NCBI GenBank assembly: GCA_018384065.1
Contig: JAHAYL010000051.1
Coordinates: forward strand, 840-64,839
Length of the DNA stretch: 64,000 bases
Direction: 5' to 3'
Origin: Oxalobacter sp.
GTDB lineage: Bacteria; Pseudomonadota; Gammaproteobacteria; Burkholderiales; Burkholderiaceae_D
Position numbers and translations under genes: made by a program. This document shows positions 33,043 through 42,716 of the stretch, in pieces (the first letter of the stretch is position 1; each line of letters opens with the position of its first letter). Below the pieces are notes generated by a model that was given only the letters and a program-made list of their open reading frames with translations, made no database searches and was not told where the DNA came from.

Positions 33043-35376
33043 ATGTTTTCTCGAAACAGGGACCCAGTCCCACCTGATGAAGGACAGGATCAGCAAGAAG
33101 ACCCCTCTCAGGGCGGTGGAAAACGCCGTGGGCTCTGGTTCTGGATAATCACCTTGTTTTTCGGTGGAGCCTTGCTGGGCGTCCTGCTTGTCGGCTTGAC
33201 CGTTGCGGTGATTTATCCGCAGTTGCCTTCCATGGAACGCCTGACAGACTACCGTCCGAAAATGCCATTGCGTGTCTATACCGCTGACAATGTGCTGATT
33301 GGTGAATTCGGCGATGAACGCCGCAAGTTTGTGCCGATTGAGAAAATCCCGAACCGGCTCAAGAAGGCAGTGCTTGCCATTGAGGATGACCGGTTTTACC
33401 AGCATAGCGGTATTGATTACCTGGGCATTCTCCGTGCCGCTGTGAACAATCTGCTGGGACGCAGCCGCCAGGGGGCTTCCACCATCACCCAGCAGGTTGC
33501 CAAGAATTTCTTCCTATCCAGCGAACAGACCCTCAAGCGGAAACTGTACGAGGCAGTGCTGGCGTTCAAGATTGAGAAGGCGTTGAGCAAGGACAAGATC
33601 CTTGAACTCTATATGAACCAGATTTATCTGGGTCAGCGGGCGTTCGGTTTTGCGATGGCGGCGCAGACTTATTTCGGCAAGGATATCCAAGACATCTCTT
33701 TGGCGGAAGCAGCGATGCTGGCTGGATTGCCCAAAGCGCCATCAGCCAACAATCCAGTCAACAACTATCCACGGGCAAAACAGCGCCAGGAATACATCCT
33801 GCTCCGTATGCATCAGCTGGGCTATATCTCTGAGCAGGACTACCAGAATGCCGTCAAGGAAGAACTCCATATCAAGACCGCCAAGGAAGAACCCCAGGTT
33901 CATGGGCGTTATGTAGCGGAAATGGTCCGCTTGATGGTTTTCCAGCAGTATGGCGAAGCAGCCTATACCAGTGGGATGAATGTCTATACCACGGTTTCTG
34001 GCAAGGCACAGGAAGCGGCTTACCGTGCTGTCCGTCGGGGAGCCATCGATTATGACCGCCGTCATGGTTACCGGGGACCGGAAGGTCAGGTCAACCTGCC
34101 CGCAGGAGATGATGGGATAGCTGACAGGGTGAAAGAAGCTTTGGAAAAACATCCAAGCACAGACGGTTTCACCAGTGGTGTGGTTCTGGATGCTTCTCCT
34201 TCAAGGGTCAGGGCGATGCTGGCGGAAGGGACTGTTGCCACAGTCTCTGGCAGTGGACTGAAGTTTGCGGCTTCCTGTCTGGGTAGAGGCGGGGAAAAAC
34301 AGATCAAGCGGGGATCCATCATCCGTCTCGGAGCCTCTAATGGCGAATGGACCATCAACCAGTTGCCACAGATTGAAGCGGCGCTGGTTGCCCTGAATCC
34401 AAGTGATGGGGCAATCCGTGCTTTGGTTGGTGGGTTTGATTTCGCCAACAGGCAGTTCAACCATGCAACCCAGGCATGGCGTCAACCTGGTTCCTCGTTC
34501 AAGCCGTTCATCTATTCAGCGGCTTTGGAAAAGGGTTTTGCCCCAACCAGTATCATCAATGATGCACAAGTGGCTTTTACTGGAGGCAATGGACAGAGCT
34601 GGACACCGAAGAATTACGATAATGTCTATGATGGTCCGATAACCATGCGGCGAGGATTGATGAAATCCAAGAATATGGTCTCTGTCCAGATACTGAACCA
34701 GATAAGCCCGGCGTATGGCCAGGACCATGCAGTCAGGTTCGGTTTTGATTATGACAAGGTGCCTGCGGACCTGTCATTGGCATTGGGGGCGGCAACGGTT
34801 ACACCGTTGCAGATGGCTTCTGCCTATGCGGTTTTTGCCAATGGCGGTTTCAAGGTCAAGCCTTACCTGATTTCATCAATCACCGATTTCAAGGGCAATG
34901 TGCTGTCACGCGCAAATCCTGAACAGCCGGGACAGGAAATCAACCGTGTCATTGATGCGCGTAATGCATTCATTATGGACAGTATGATGAAAGGTGTCGT
35001 GCAGAGCGGTACCGCTGCGCGTGCAGGCAGGGCGTTGGGAAGGACTGACCTTGCAGGTAAAACCGGTACGACCAATGATTCCCATGATGTCTGGTTCGCC
35101 GGTTACCAGCAGAACCTGGTTGCCGTTGTCTGGCTTGGTTTTGACCAGCCCAAGAATATGGGGCATGAAACCGGTGGTTCTTTGGCAGTGCCTGTCTGGA
35201 TTGATTTCATGCAGGTGGCGCTGCAGGGGCTTCCTGCAGAAAACCGTCCAATGCCTGAAGGGATTGATTTCATCAATGGTGATTACTATTACCGGGAATA
35301 TCCGCCTGGGGAGATTGTCACCGATGTGGGAATCAGCCATCCAATCCATCATGCCACAGAATATGACAGTTTCTGA
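33043..35376 (+). CDS. mrcA: Penicillin-binding protein 1A
   Basis: EDDRFYQH, GASTITQQ, RKLYE; transpeptidase SSFK, SKN, KTG motifs. Confidence 0.96.
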   Translation: MFSRNRDPVPPDEGQDQQEDPSQGGGKRRGLWFWIITLFFGGALLGVLLVGLTVAVIYPQLPSMERLTDYRPKMPLRVYTADNVLIGEFGDERRKFVPIEKIPNRLKKAVLAIEDDRFYQHSGIDYLGILRAAVNNLLGRSRQGASTITQQVAKNFFLSSEQTLKRKLYEAVLAFKIEKALSKDKILELYMNQIYLGQRAFGFAMAAQTYFGKDIQDISLAEAAMLAGLPKAPSANNPVNNYPRAKQRQEYILLRMHQLGYISEQDYQNAVKEELHIKTAKEEPQVHGRYVAEMVRLMVFQQYGEAAYTSGMNVYTTVSGKAQEAAYRAVRRGAIDYDRRHGYRGPEGQVNLPAGDDGIADRVKEALEKHPSTDGFTSGVVLDASPSRVRAMLAEGTVATVSGSGLKFAASCLGRGGEKQIKRGSIIRLGASNGEWTINQLPQIEAALVALNPSDGAIRALVGGFDFANRQFNHATQAWRQPGSSFKPFIYSAALEKGFAPTSIINDAQVAFTGGNGQSWTPKNYDNVYDGPITMRRGLMKSKNMVSVQILNQISPAYGQDHAVRFGFDYDKVPADLSLALGAATVTPLQMASAYAVFANGGFKVKPYLISSITDFKGNVLSRANPEQPGQEINRVIDARNAFIMDSMMKGVVQSGTAARAGRALGRTDLAGKTGTTNDSHDVWFAGYQQNLVAVVWLGFDQPKNMGHETGGSLAVPVWIDFMQVALQGLPAENRPMPEGIDFINGDYYYREYPPGEIVTDVGISHPIHHATEYDSF

Positions 35377-35443
35377 TATGTTATAGTGCTGGCTCTGCCA
35401 TCTGGCAGGGGATTTGTGCGTTTGGAACCTGAAGGAATAACTG

Positions 35444-35758
35444 ATGAATCTGTTTCGATTGCTGAGAAAAGGCCTGTTGCTGCTGGCAGTCCTGTTTGGT
35501 CTGGCAGCCTGCGGTCAGAAAGGGCCATTGATCCTGCCACCCAAGAATACACCGCCCCAAGCAGTGAATCCGGTTATCTTCCCTGAGCAGGATGGTGCTG
35601 GTGACAATCAGGTTCCAACAGAAAATCAGGCTTCAGGTAATGTCCAGGATTCTCCAGGAGAAGGTCAGGCTTCAGGGGATGCCCAAGGTCCTTCAAAAGA
35701 AACACCTTTGGGTATCCTGCCAAGTACAACACGGCATAAACCGATGAATGCCAGATAG
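35444..35758 (+). CDS. lptM: LptM/YifL/LppL-like small lipoprotein with long polar tail
   Basis: Lipobox LAAC followed by GQKGPLILP; upstream of lysA. Confidence 0.85.
   Translation: MNLFRLLRKGLLLLAVLFGLAACGQKGPLILPPKNTPPQAVNPVIFPEQDGAGDNQVPTENQASGNVQDSPGEGQASGDAQGPSKETPLGILPSTTRHKPMNAR
35626..35676 (+). repeat. 39-nt period imperfect tandem duplication in the lipoprotein tail
   Basis: TCAGGCTTCAGG at 35626 and 35665 (NQASGNVQDSPGE / GQASGDAQGPSKE). Confidence 0.75.
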
Positions 35759-35803
35759 TCCTGTTGTAGATAGATGAAGCCAGAAAAAGGTAGGGATTGA
35801 AGG

Positions 35804-37093
35804 ATGACAGAAAGATATTTTGCCTATAAAGGCAATGTCCTGATGGTTGAGGATGTTGCATTGGATGCCATTGCAGAACAGTTTGGCACACCGTTGTATG
35901 TTTATTCCAGGGCAGCGTTCACAGACCATCTGAGCCAGTATGTAACAACTGCGGAGAAATACAGGACAGCCAATCTGCAGTCATTGACCTGTTATTCGGT
36001 CAAATCCAATTCCAATATCGCTATTCTGAACCTGCTGGCGGAACAGGGGGCTGGCTTCGATATTGTTTCTGGCGGAGAACTTTCCCGGGTGATTGCCGCT
36101 GGCGGCGACCCGCATAAGGTCATCTATTCTGGCGTTGGCAAGACCCCGTCTGAAATCCGGCTGTCATTGGAATACGATATCCTCTGCTTCAACGTTGAAT
36201 CCCTGTCTGAGTTGAAACGCATCAACCGGATTGCTGGTGAAATGGGCAAGAAAGCCCGTATTTCATTCCGTGTGAATCCTGATGTGGATGCCAAGACCCA
36301 TCCCTATATCTCAACAGGATTGAAGAAGAACAAATTCGGCATCCCTTTTGAAGAAGTCCTGTCAACCTATGCTGAAGCGGATGCCTTGGAAAACGTTGAA
36401 GTCATCGGAATCGACTGCCATATCGGTTCCCAGCTGCTGGATGATGCACCGTTGCTTGAGGCTTTGGATAAGGTCATCAATCTGGTCAACCAGCTGGAGG
36501 AAAAAGGCATCAAGCTGAGCCATATCGATATTGGTGGCGGTATCGGCATCACCTATGCTGATGAGCAGCCGGTTGCAGTCCCTGACTATCTGTCACGCGT
36601 ATTTGCCAGGATTGCGGAATGGCAGAAGGATTATTGTCCAGACCGTCAGATAACAGTGATGTTTGAACCCGGCCGTTCCATTTCCGGCAATGCCGGCATC
36701 CTGCTGGGACGCCTGCAGTACCTGAAGACCAATTCCGGCAAACATTTTGCGGTTGTCGATGCCGGAATGAATGATCTGATGCGTCCATCCCTTTATGAGG
36801 CTTATCATGGTGTCAAGCCAGTCATCAAGCGCAGTTCACCGGCAAAGGCTTATGAGATTGTCGGTCCTATCTGTGAGTCAGGTGATTGGCTGGCAAGGGA
36901 CCGTGAACTTGCTGTTGAAGAAGGAGACCTGCTGGCATTCATGAGTGCCGGGGCTTATGGGATGTCGATGGCATCCAATTACAATACCCGTGGACGTCCA
37001 GCAGAAGTGCTGGTGGATGGGCAGGAAGTCCACTTGATCCGTAGGCGTGAGACTCCAGAGGATATTTTTGCACTTGAAACCCTTGTTCCTTGA
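35804..37093 (+). CDS. lysA: Diaminopimelate decarboxylase
   Basis: GTPLYVYS, YSVKSN, HIGSQ, EPGRS, GPICESGD, GAYG. Confidence 0.97.
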   Translation: MTERYFAYKGNVLMVEDVALDAIAEQFGTPLYVYSRAAFTDHLSQYVTTAEKYRTANLQSLTCYSVKSNSNIAILNLLAEQGAGFDIVSGGELSRVIAAGGDPHKVIYSGVGKTPSEIRLSLEYDILCFNVESLSELKRINRIAGEMGKKARISFRVNPDVDAKTHPYISTGLKKNKFGIPFEEVLSTYAEADALENVEVIGIDCHIGSQLLDDAPLLEALDKVINLVNQLEEKGIKLSHIDIGGGIGITYADEQPVAVPDYLSRVFARIAEWQKDYCPDRQITVMFEPGRSISGNAGILLGRLQYLKTNSGKHFAVVDAGMNDLMRPSLYEAYHGVKPVIKRSSPAKAYEIVGPICESGDWLARDRELAVEEGDLLAFMSAGAYGMSMASNYNTRGRPAEVLVDGQEVHLIRRRETPEDIFALETLVP

Positions 37094-37154
37094 TAAGCCC
37101 CGTCCCGTTTATGGGATGGCAGGGGACCTTTACTGAACGAATACCGGAGAAGCC

Positions 37155-37931
37155 ATGTCCAAGCTCTGGCAAGCCCGTTTTTTTACAACCGTCAACCATC
37201 TGCGCGAACTTCCCAAGCTGGATGTTCCGGAAATCGCTTTTGTCGGGCGTTCCAACGCCGGTAAATCTTCTGCAATCAATATCCTGTGCAACCAGAAGGG
37301 ATTGGCTTATGCCTCAAAGACACCCGGCAGGACCCAGTTCCTGAATTTCTTCTCGATTGGCGGGGCGCATCCAGCCCAGCACCGCAAGGATCCAACGGAT
37401 GTTTCCAAGATAGAGATGTTCTTGGTGGATCTGCCGGGATATGGCTATGCACAGGTTTCCCATGCTTCCAAAGACCATTGGAATAAACTGCTCGGTGACT
37501 ATCTGATGCAGCGCTCCCAGCTCAAGGGTGTGGTGATGATGATGGATTCCCGCCATCCATTCCAGAAACTGGATACAGAGTTGGTGGAATGGTTTGCTGC
37601 AACAGGCAAGCCTATCCATTGCCTGTTGACCAAATCTGACAAGCTGAGCCGGAGTGAGGCGGCTAAGTCACTTCAGTTGACCAAGACGGTTTTCAACAGT
37701 TATGTGGATGCACAGGGACAGCCTTTCCCATTCACGGTACAGCTTTTCTCAGCAGTCAGGCGCGTCGGTTTGGAAGAGGCGACCCAGAAAATCCTGCAAT
37801 GGGCAGGGATACCTGATATACCGGCGAAAAGAAAAATGCCAACAGCTGATTTGGAAGGAAAATCAGGAAGCAGGTCTGTTGGTGGACAAGGGAAACCGGC
37901 TTCCAGCAGACAGTCACCGGACCGTTCATGA
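37155..37931 (+). CDS. engB: Ribosome biogenesis GTPase EngB/YihA/YsxC
   Basis: GRSNAGKSS, SKTPGRTQ, DLPGYG, TKSD. Confidence 0.96.
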   Translation: MSKLWQARFFTTVNHLRELPKLDVPEIAFVGRSNAGKSSAINILCNQKGLAYASKTPGRTQFLNFFSIGGAHPAQHRKDPTDVSKIEMFLVDLPGYGYAQVSHASKDHWNKLLGDYLMQRSQLKGVVMMMDSRHPFQKLDTELVEWFAATGKPIHCLLTKSDKLSRSEAAKSLQLTKTVFNSYVDAQGQPFPFTVQLFSAVRRVGLEEATQKILQWAGIPDIPAKRKMPTADLEGKSGSRSVGGQGKPASSRQSPDRS

Positions 37932-38557
37932 GCAACCAGATTTCTTACACACAGGAAGTCCTGAGAAAGAGCATCCATCTCAGTTCTCTTTGGATGGTTG
38001 TTGCCATGGGGTTCCTGCCCCGTCTGGTGAACATTGTGCTTTTCGCCGTGCTGCTGGTTGGCTGCATCATCACGGAATATGGCAATCATAAAAGGTGGAA
38101 GCTGTTCACCATGACTTATGGTGCACTGTTCAACCGTATGCTCCGGGAAAAGGAAAAACAGGCAGATTTCCGTCTGAGTGGGGCGCCTTATCTGATTGGT
38201 GCTGCTTTGATGTGTGTCGTGCTGTTCCCGACAGTCATTGCCATGACGGGGTTTGCTGTGATGCTGATCGGTGATACGGTCGCCGCACTGATTGGCCGCC
38301 GTTTTGGGCGCCATCCCATCAATGTCGGGACAAAAAGCCTGGAGGGCAGCCTTGCTTTCTGTGTGGCAGGCTTTGCGATAATCCTGTTCTTCTTTTTCAG
38401 TTACGCACAGCCTGTGCTGTTCCTGATTTCAGGGGGGATTGGTGTGGTGGCAGCGGCATTGGCAGAAGCCTATGAGAACCGGATTCATCTGGATGACAAC
38501 TTTTCAATCCCCTTAGCGGTCGGTATCTGCCTTTTCATCGGCCAGATGATGGTCTGA
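37928..38557 (+). CDS. CTP-dependent diacylglycerol/polyprenol kinase family (SEC59/DGK1/VTE5-like) membrane protein
   Basis: EVLRKSIH, GDTVAALIGRRFG, KSLEGS, DDNFSIP; ATGA overlap with engB. Confidence 0.88.
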   Translation: MSNQISYTQEVLRKSIHLSSLWMVVAMGFLPRLVNIVLFAVLLVGCIITEYGNHKRWKLFTMTYGALFNRMLREKEKQADFRLSGAPYLIGAALMCVVLFPTVIAMTGFAVMLIGDTVAALIGRRFGRHPINVGTKSLEGSLAFCVAGFAIILFFFFSYAQPVLFLISGGIGVVAAALAEAYENRIHLDDNFSIPLAVGICLFIGQMMV

Positions 38558-38585
38558 AAACAGGAGACGCAAGGCCTCCTGTTTT
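38557..38585. terminator. Bidirectional terminator
   Basis: AAAACAGGAG-loop-CTCCTGTTTT between convergent genes. Confidence 0.7.
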
Positions 38586-38598
38586 GGTCTGACAGTTA

Positions 38599-41193
38599 TT
38601 ATTTTGAAGCGGTTTCCGCTTTTTTCCGTCTTGTTACGGTTTTCTTTGAGGCGGTAGCGGTTTTCTTTGCAGGGCTTTTCCCTGTAGAGGCAGCTGTTGC
38701 AGTAGAACTGCTTTTCCGGCTTGTGGCTTTTGCAGCTGGTTCTTCAAACTTGAAGCTGATTTTGCCACCGCGCCCCAGTTCCAGATAGGCCTTGAAAGGC
38801 CGGTTTGTCCGGTTTGAGATGAAGCCGGTCAACAGGTCAGTCTTGCCTTCAGACAGCAGCTTAGACATCTGTTCTGGTGCAATTTCCTGTTGCAGGATAA
38901 TACGTCCACTCCTGAAGGTACAGGATTTATCCTTGCCGGTGCTGTGTTCACAGAGATAGGCTTTACCGGTGTCATAGACATTGCCTCTGCATTTCGGGCA
39001 GATGCCAACAGGTGTCTTGCCAGTGAAATCAAGTGTCTCTGTTTCTTCTTCCTTTGGCTGACCGAAATCAAAAGCCATCTGAAGGTCTCCGGTTTCAGGG
39101 TTCTCGGTGATTTTCAGGATTGCAGCGAAAGGGAATCCTGTCTTGGCACGGAATCCCTGCAGGGGACCAATCTGGCGTTTTGCCAGCAGTTCCTCAACTT
39201 CAGGAATCGAGAACATACGGGCACCTGGCGTTTTTGTGATGGAGAAGTTGCATTTCGTGCAGGCGAAACGGCGGTAGTTTTCCTGAACCTGTCCGCCGCA
39301 TTGCGGGCAGGGTGTTTTCAAGACAGCATAGTCGCCAGGAACTGTATCGCCATCATAACCTTTTGCCTGATTGACGATGCCCTCTGTCATGGTGGCGATA
39401 TGCTGCATGAATTCTTCACGGCTCAGGTTGCCTTTTTCCATCTGGGCAAGCTGGAATTCCCATTCCCCGGTCAGTTCCGGCATTGTCAGTTCCTGGATAC
39501 CGAGGCCATTGAGCAGGGTCATCAGCTGGAAAGCTTTCGGTGTTGGGACAAGTTCCTTGCCTTCACGCTGCAGGTATTCTTTCAAAAGCCCTTCAATGAT
39601 GGAGGCACGGGTCGCAGGGGTGCCCAAGCCTTTGCCTTGCATGGCTTCACGGAGGTCGTCATCCACCAGTTTACCTGCGCCTTCCATCGCAGAAAGCAGG
39701 GTTGCTTCGGTATAACGTGCAGGTGGTTTTGTTGCCAGGCTGTCTGTCCAGACCTGTTCTGCCAAGACCTTTTCCTTATCCTTGACCGGTACCAGTGAGC
39801 GTTCGCTGGTGGTGTTGGCAGAAGCAGTTTCCCTGCCATAGACCGCCATCCAACCGGGTTTTTTCATAATCCGGCCATCGCTGCGGAACCGGTGTCCTGC
39901 TACATCAGTGTATCGGGTTGTGACTTGGAATTCTGCAGCGGGGAAGAACACAGCAAGGAAACGGCGGACAACCAGTTCATAGAGTTTCCGGTCGTCCTCA
40001 CGTTGGGTCTTCAATGGTTGCAGGGTAGGGATGATTGCAAAATGGTCAGAGATTTTCCTGTTGTCAAAAATACGTTTGTTTGGACGGATCCATTTGTTTG
40101 ACAGGACCTGTTCAGCGAACGGCTTGAAAGTGGCATCACTGCACAGGGCTTCCATGGTCTGGCGGCATGTCAGCAGATAATCTTCAGGCAGATGGCGGGA
40201 ATCCGTTCTTGGATAGGTCAATGCTTTATGCTGTTCATAAAGCCTTTGCGCAGTATCCAGGGTGCGTTTTGCTGAAAAGCCGAAACGGGCATTGGCCTCA
40301 CGCTGCAGGCTGGTCAAGTCGAACAGCGCTGGGGAAATTGATGTTGCAGGACGGGATTCTTCAGTGACAACACCTTGCTGTCCCATACATGCAGCAACAA
40401 TCTTATCCGCTGCTTTACGGTTCCAAAGGCGCTCAGCACGTTTTTCGGGGTCTGATGCATCTTTCTTGAAGGCAGTATCCTGCCAACGGCCATCATAAGT
40501 ACCTTCAGCGCATTTAAAGGTGGCATGGACTTCCCAGTAGTCACGGGGAACGAAGTTCCGTATCTGTTTTTCACGTTCCACAACAATGGATAATGTCGGG
40601 GTCTGGACCCTGCCGACCGTTGTCAGGAAGAATCCGCCATTCTGGGAATTGAAAGCCGTCATCGCACGGGTGCCGTTGATGCCGACCAGCCAGTCTGCTT
40701 CTGCACGGCTCCGTGCGGCCTTGGCAAGCGACTGCATTTCCTCATCGGTACGCAGATGCTTGAAACCTTCCCGGATGGCAGTTGGCGTCATGGATTGGAG
40801 CCAGAGGCGTTTGATAGGCTGTTTGGCTTTGGTGTATTCCGCAATCAGGCGGAAAATCAGTTCCCCTTCCCGTCCTGCATCACAGGCGTTGACCAATGTG
40901 GTGATGTCCTTCCGGCGGATCAGCTTCGCCAGCAGTTTCAGGCGTGGTGCTGTTTTTGTAATCGGTTCCAGGGCAAATTTAGGTGGGATGACCGGTAAAT
41001 GGCTGAAAGTCCATTTGCCACGCTTGACTTCATACTCATCAGGTGCCTTGATTTCCAGCAGATGACCGACAGCGGATGTCAGGACATAGTCATCGGATTC
41101 CAGGTAATCCCCCTGTTTGATGAAGCCGCCCAGACTCTTGGCAATGTCGTTGGCGACAGAGGGTTTTTCGGCAATGATAAGTGTTTTGGTCAT
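38599..41193 (-). CDS. topB: DNA topoisomerase III (betaproteobacterial type)
   Basis: IIAEKPS, DAGREGE, GRVQTPT, catalytic TYPRTD, C-terminal repeats and basic tail. Confidence 0.95.
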   Translation of the reverse strand: MTKTLIIAEKPSVANDIAKSLGGFIKQGDYLESDDYVLTSAVGHLLEIKAPDEYEVKRGKWTFSHLPVIPPKFALEPITKTAPRLKLLAKLIRRKDITTLVNACDAGREGELIFRLIAEYTKAKQPIKRLWLQSMTPTAIREGFKHLRTDEEMQSLAKAARSRAEADWLVGINGTRAMTAFNSQNGGFFLTTVGRVQTPTLSIVVEREKQIRNFVPRDYWEVHATFKCAEGTYDGRWQDTAFKKDASDPEKRAERLWNRKAADKIVAACMGQQGVVTEESRPATSISPALFDLTSLQREANARFGFSAKRTLDTAQRLYEQHKALTYPRTDSRHLPEDYLLTCRQTMEALCSDATFKPFAEQVLSNKWIRPNKRIFDNRKISDHFAIIPTLQPLKTQREDDRKLYELVVRRFLAVFFPAAEFQVTTRYTDVAGHRFRSDGRIMKKPGWMAVYGRETASANTTSERSLVPVKDKEKVLAEQVWTDSLATKPPARYTEATLLSAMEGAGKLVDDDLREAMQGKGLGTPATRASIIEGLLKEYLQREGKELVPTPKAFQLMTLLNGLGIQELTMPELTGEWEFQLAQMEKGNLSREEFMQHIATMTEGIVNQAKGYDGDTVPGDYAVLKTPCPQCGGQVQENYRRFACTKCNFSITKTPGARMFSIPEVEELLAKRQIGPLQGFRAKTGFPFAAILKITENPETGDLQMAFDFGQPKEEETETLDFTGKTPVGICPKCRGNVYDTGKAYLCEHSTGKDKSCTFRSGRIILQQEIAPEQMSKLLSEGKTDLLTGFISNRTNRPFKAYLELGRGGKISFKFEEPAAKATSRKSSSTATAASTGKSPAKKTATASKKTVTRRKKAETASK

Positions 41194-41370
41194 AAGGATT
41201 CAGTCACATCATTTAAACACAGGCAGGAAATCTGCATGGTACGGCGGAGAATAATAATAGTTCCTTGGCAGGCTCTGCAAGCCGTCAGCGCAACAGCTGG
41301 GCAGAAAAAGCCGGATTTTGAAGGTTTGATGTTTTTTTGGGGGGGAGGAGGTGTTTCCCATCTGTTCCTG

Positions 41371-42495
41371 TCAAGGGACCAGCCGGCGGTAGAATCCGCC
41401 AGGCAGGCTTTCTACCTGTCCCATCAATTCCAGGTTCAGCAGTTCTGCACTGAGGGTGGCGGCATCCATCCCATGACGTTGGCAGAGGGTATCCATGTCA
41501 ACCGGGTCAAATCCCATGTCAGCCAATAGCGGGGAAACCAGGGACAGGCCTTCTGTCTTGGATGCTTCGGAAGCTGTGTCACCGATGACTGGCACCTGCC
41601 GTTTCAGTTCAGACAGGATGTCTTCTGCTGTCTCAACCAGTTTTGCGCCTTGGCGTATCAAGGCATGGCAGCCTCGGGACAATGGCGAATGGATGGAACC
41701 GGGAATGGCAAAGACATCCCGTCCCTGTTCAAGCGCCAGCTTGGCGGTGATCAGGGAACCTGACTGTGCGGCGGCCTCAACGACAAGGATGCCATCTGCC
41801 AGTCCGCTGATGATACGGTTGCGCCTTGGGAAGTTTGAAGGTATCGGACTGGTTCCCAATGGGAACTCGCTGATGATGCAGCCTTCATCGGCAATCTGGT
41901 GTGCCAGGGCATGGTTGCGGGCAGGATAGACGATATCCGCACCAGTACCGATGACAGCGATGGTACTGCCTTGGCTTTTCAATCCTCCCCGATGGGCTGC
42001 GGCATCAATGCCCAACGCCAATCCAGAAATGGTTGTCAGGCCAGTATCTCCCAGGGCGTTGGCAAAGTTTTCAGCGTCCAGGCATCCTTGGGCTGTTGCA
42101 TTACGGCTTCCCACAATGGCAATGGCATCTGCTGACAGCAGGTCAAGCCGCCCTTTGACATACAGCATCAGTGGTGGATCAGGAATCTGAAGCAGTTTTT
42201 TCGGATAGCGGCTGTCAGCCAGGGTCAAGAGCCTGTTCCCTTGTTCAGAAAGCCATGAAAGTGTCTTGTCAGACAGTGCCTTGATGTCATCTGATGCAGG
42301 CGCGTGGAGCTGTTCTGCCAGTTTTTCCGGCACAGCTTTCCTGAGGGCGTTGTAAGAAGCACTGAAAATATCCTGCGGCATGCCAAATGCTGTCAGGAGC
42401 TTATGGGCAGTCCGGATGCCTATCCCTGGTGTCAGGACCAGACGCAGCCAGGCGATGAGTTCTTCATCATTGTTGTTGGATGCAACGTTGTTCAA
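41371..42495 (-). CDS. dprA: DNA-processing protein DprA (Smf)
   Basis: AIVGSRNAT, SGLALGIDAAAH, FPRRNRIISGL, SGSLITA, REVF-like RDVFAIPG. Start (TTG) uncertain. Confidence 0.96.
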   Translation of the reverse strand: MNNVASNNNDEELIAWLRLVLTPGIGIRTAHKLLTAFGMPQDIFSASYNALRKAVPEKLAEQLHAPASDDIKALSDKTLSWLSEQGNRLLTLADSRYPKKLLQIPDPPLMLYVKGRLDLLSADAIAIVGSRNATAQGCLDAENFANALGDTGLTTISGLALGIDAAAHRGGLKSQGSTIAVIGTGADIVYPARNHALAHQIADEGCIISEFPLGTSPIPSNFPRRNRIISGLADGILVVEAAAQSGSLITAKLALEQGRDVFAIPGSIHSPLSRGCHALIRQGAKLVETAEDILSELKRQVPVIGDTASEASKTEGLSLVSPLLADMGFDPVDMDTLCQRHGMDAATLSAELLNLELMGQVESLPGGFYRRLVP

Positions 42496-42716
42496 AGCAG
42501 TCTTTCAATTATCAATGGAACCCTGTTGCGCAGGTTGTTCCTGCAAGGTTCCATCCTCAAACATCAAAGGGGACTATGCTAAACTTGCCGCAACAGAAAT
42601 GTCAGCAGGCTTTCCCCAGTCACAGGCATGTTTGCTGTCCTGACAGGAAATTCTGCATGGGAAAGAAGTCGCTGGCAAGCGTATCATGACGGTTTGATGA
42701 ATTTCAGAAAGAGCAA

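Noticed and set aside
38599-38740. Lys/Ala/Ser/Thr-rich histone-like tail of TopB
   Set aside because: Basic tails are common on betaproteobacterial topoisomerase III.
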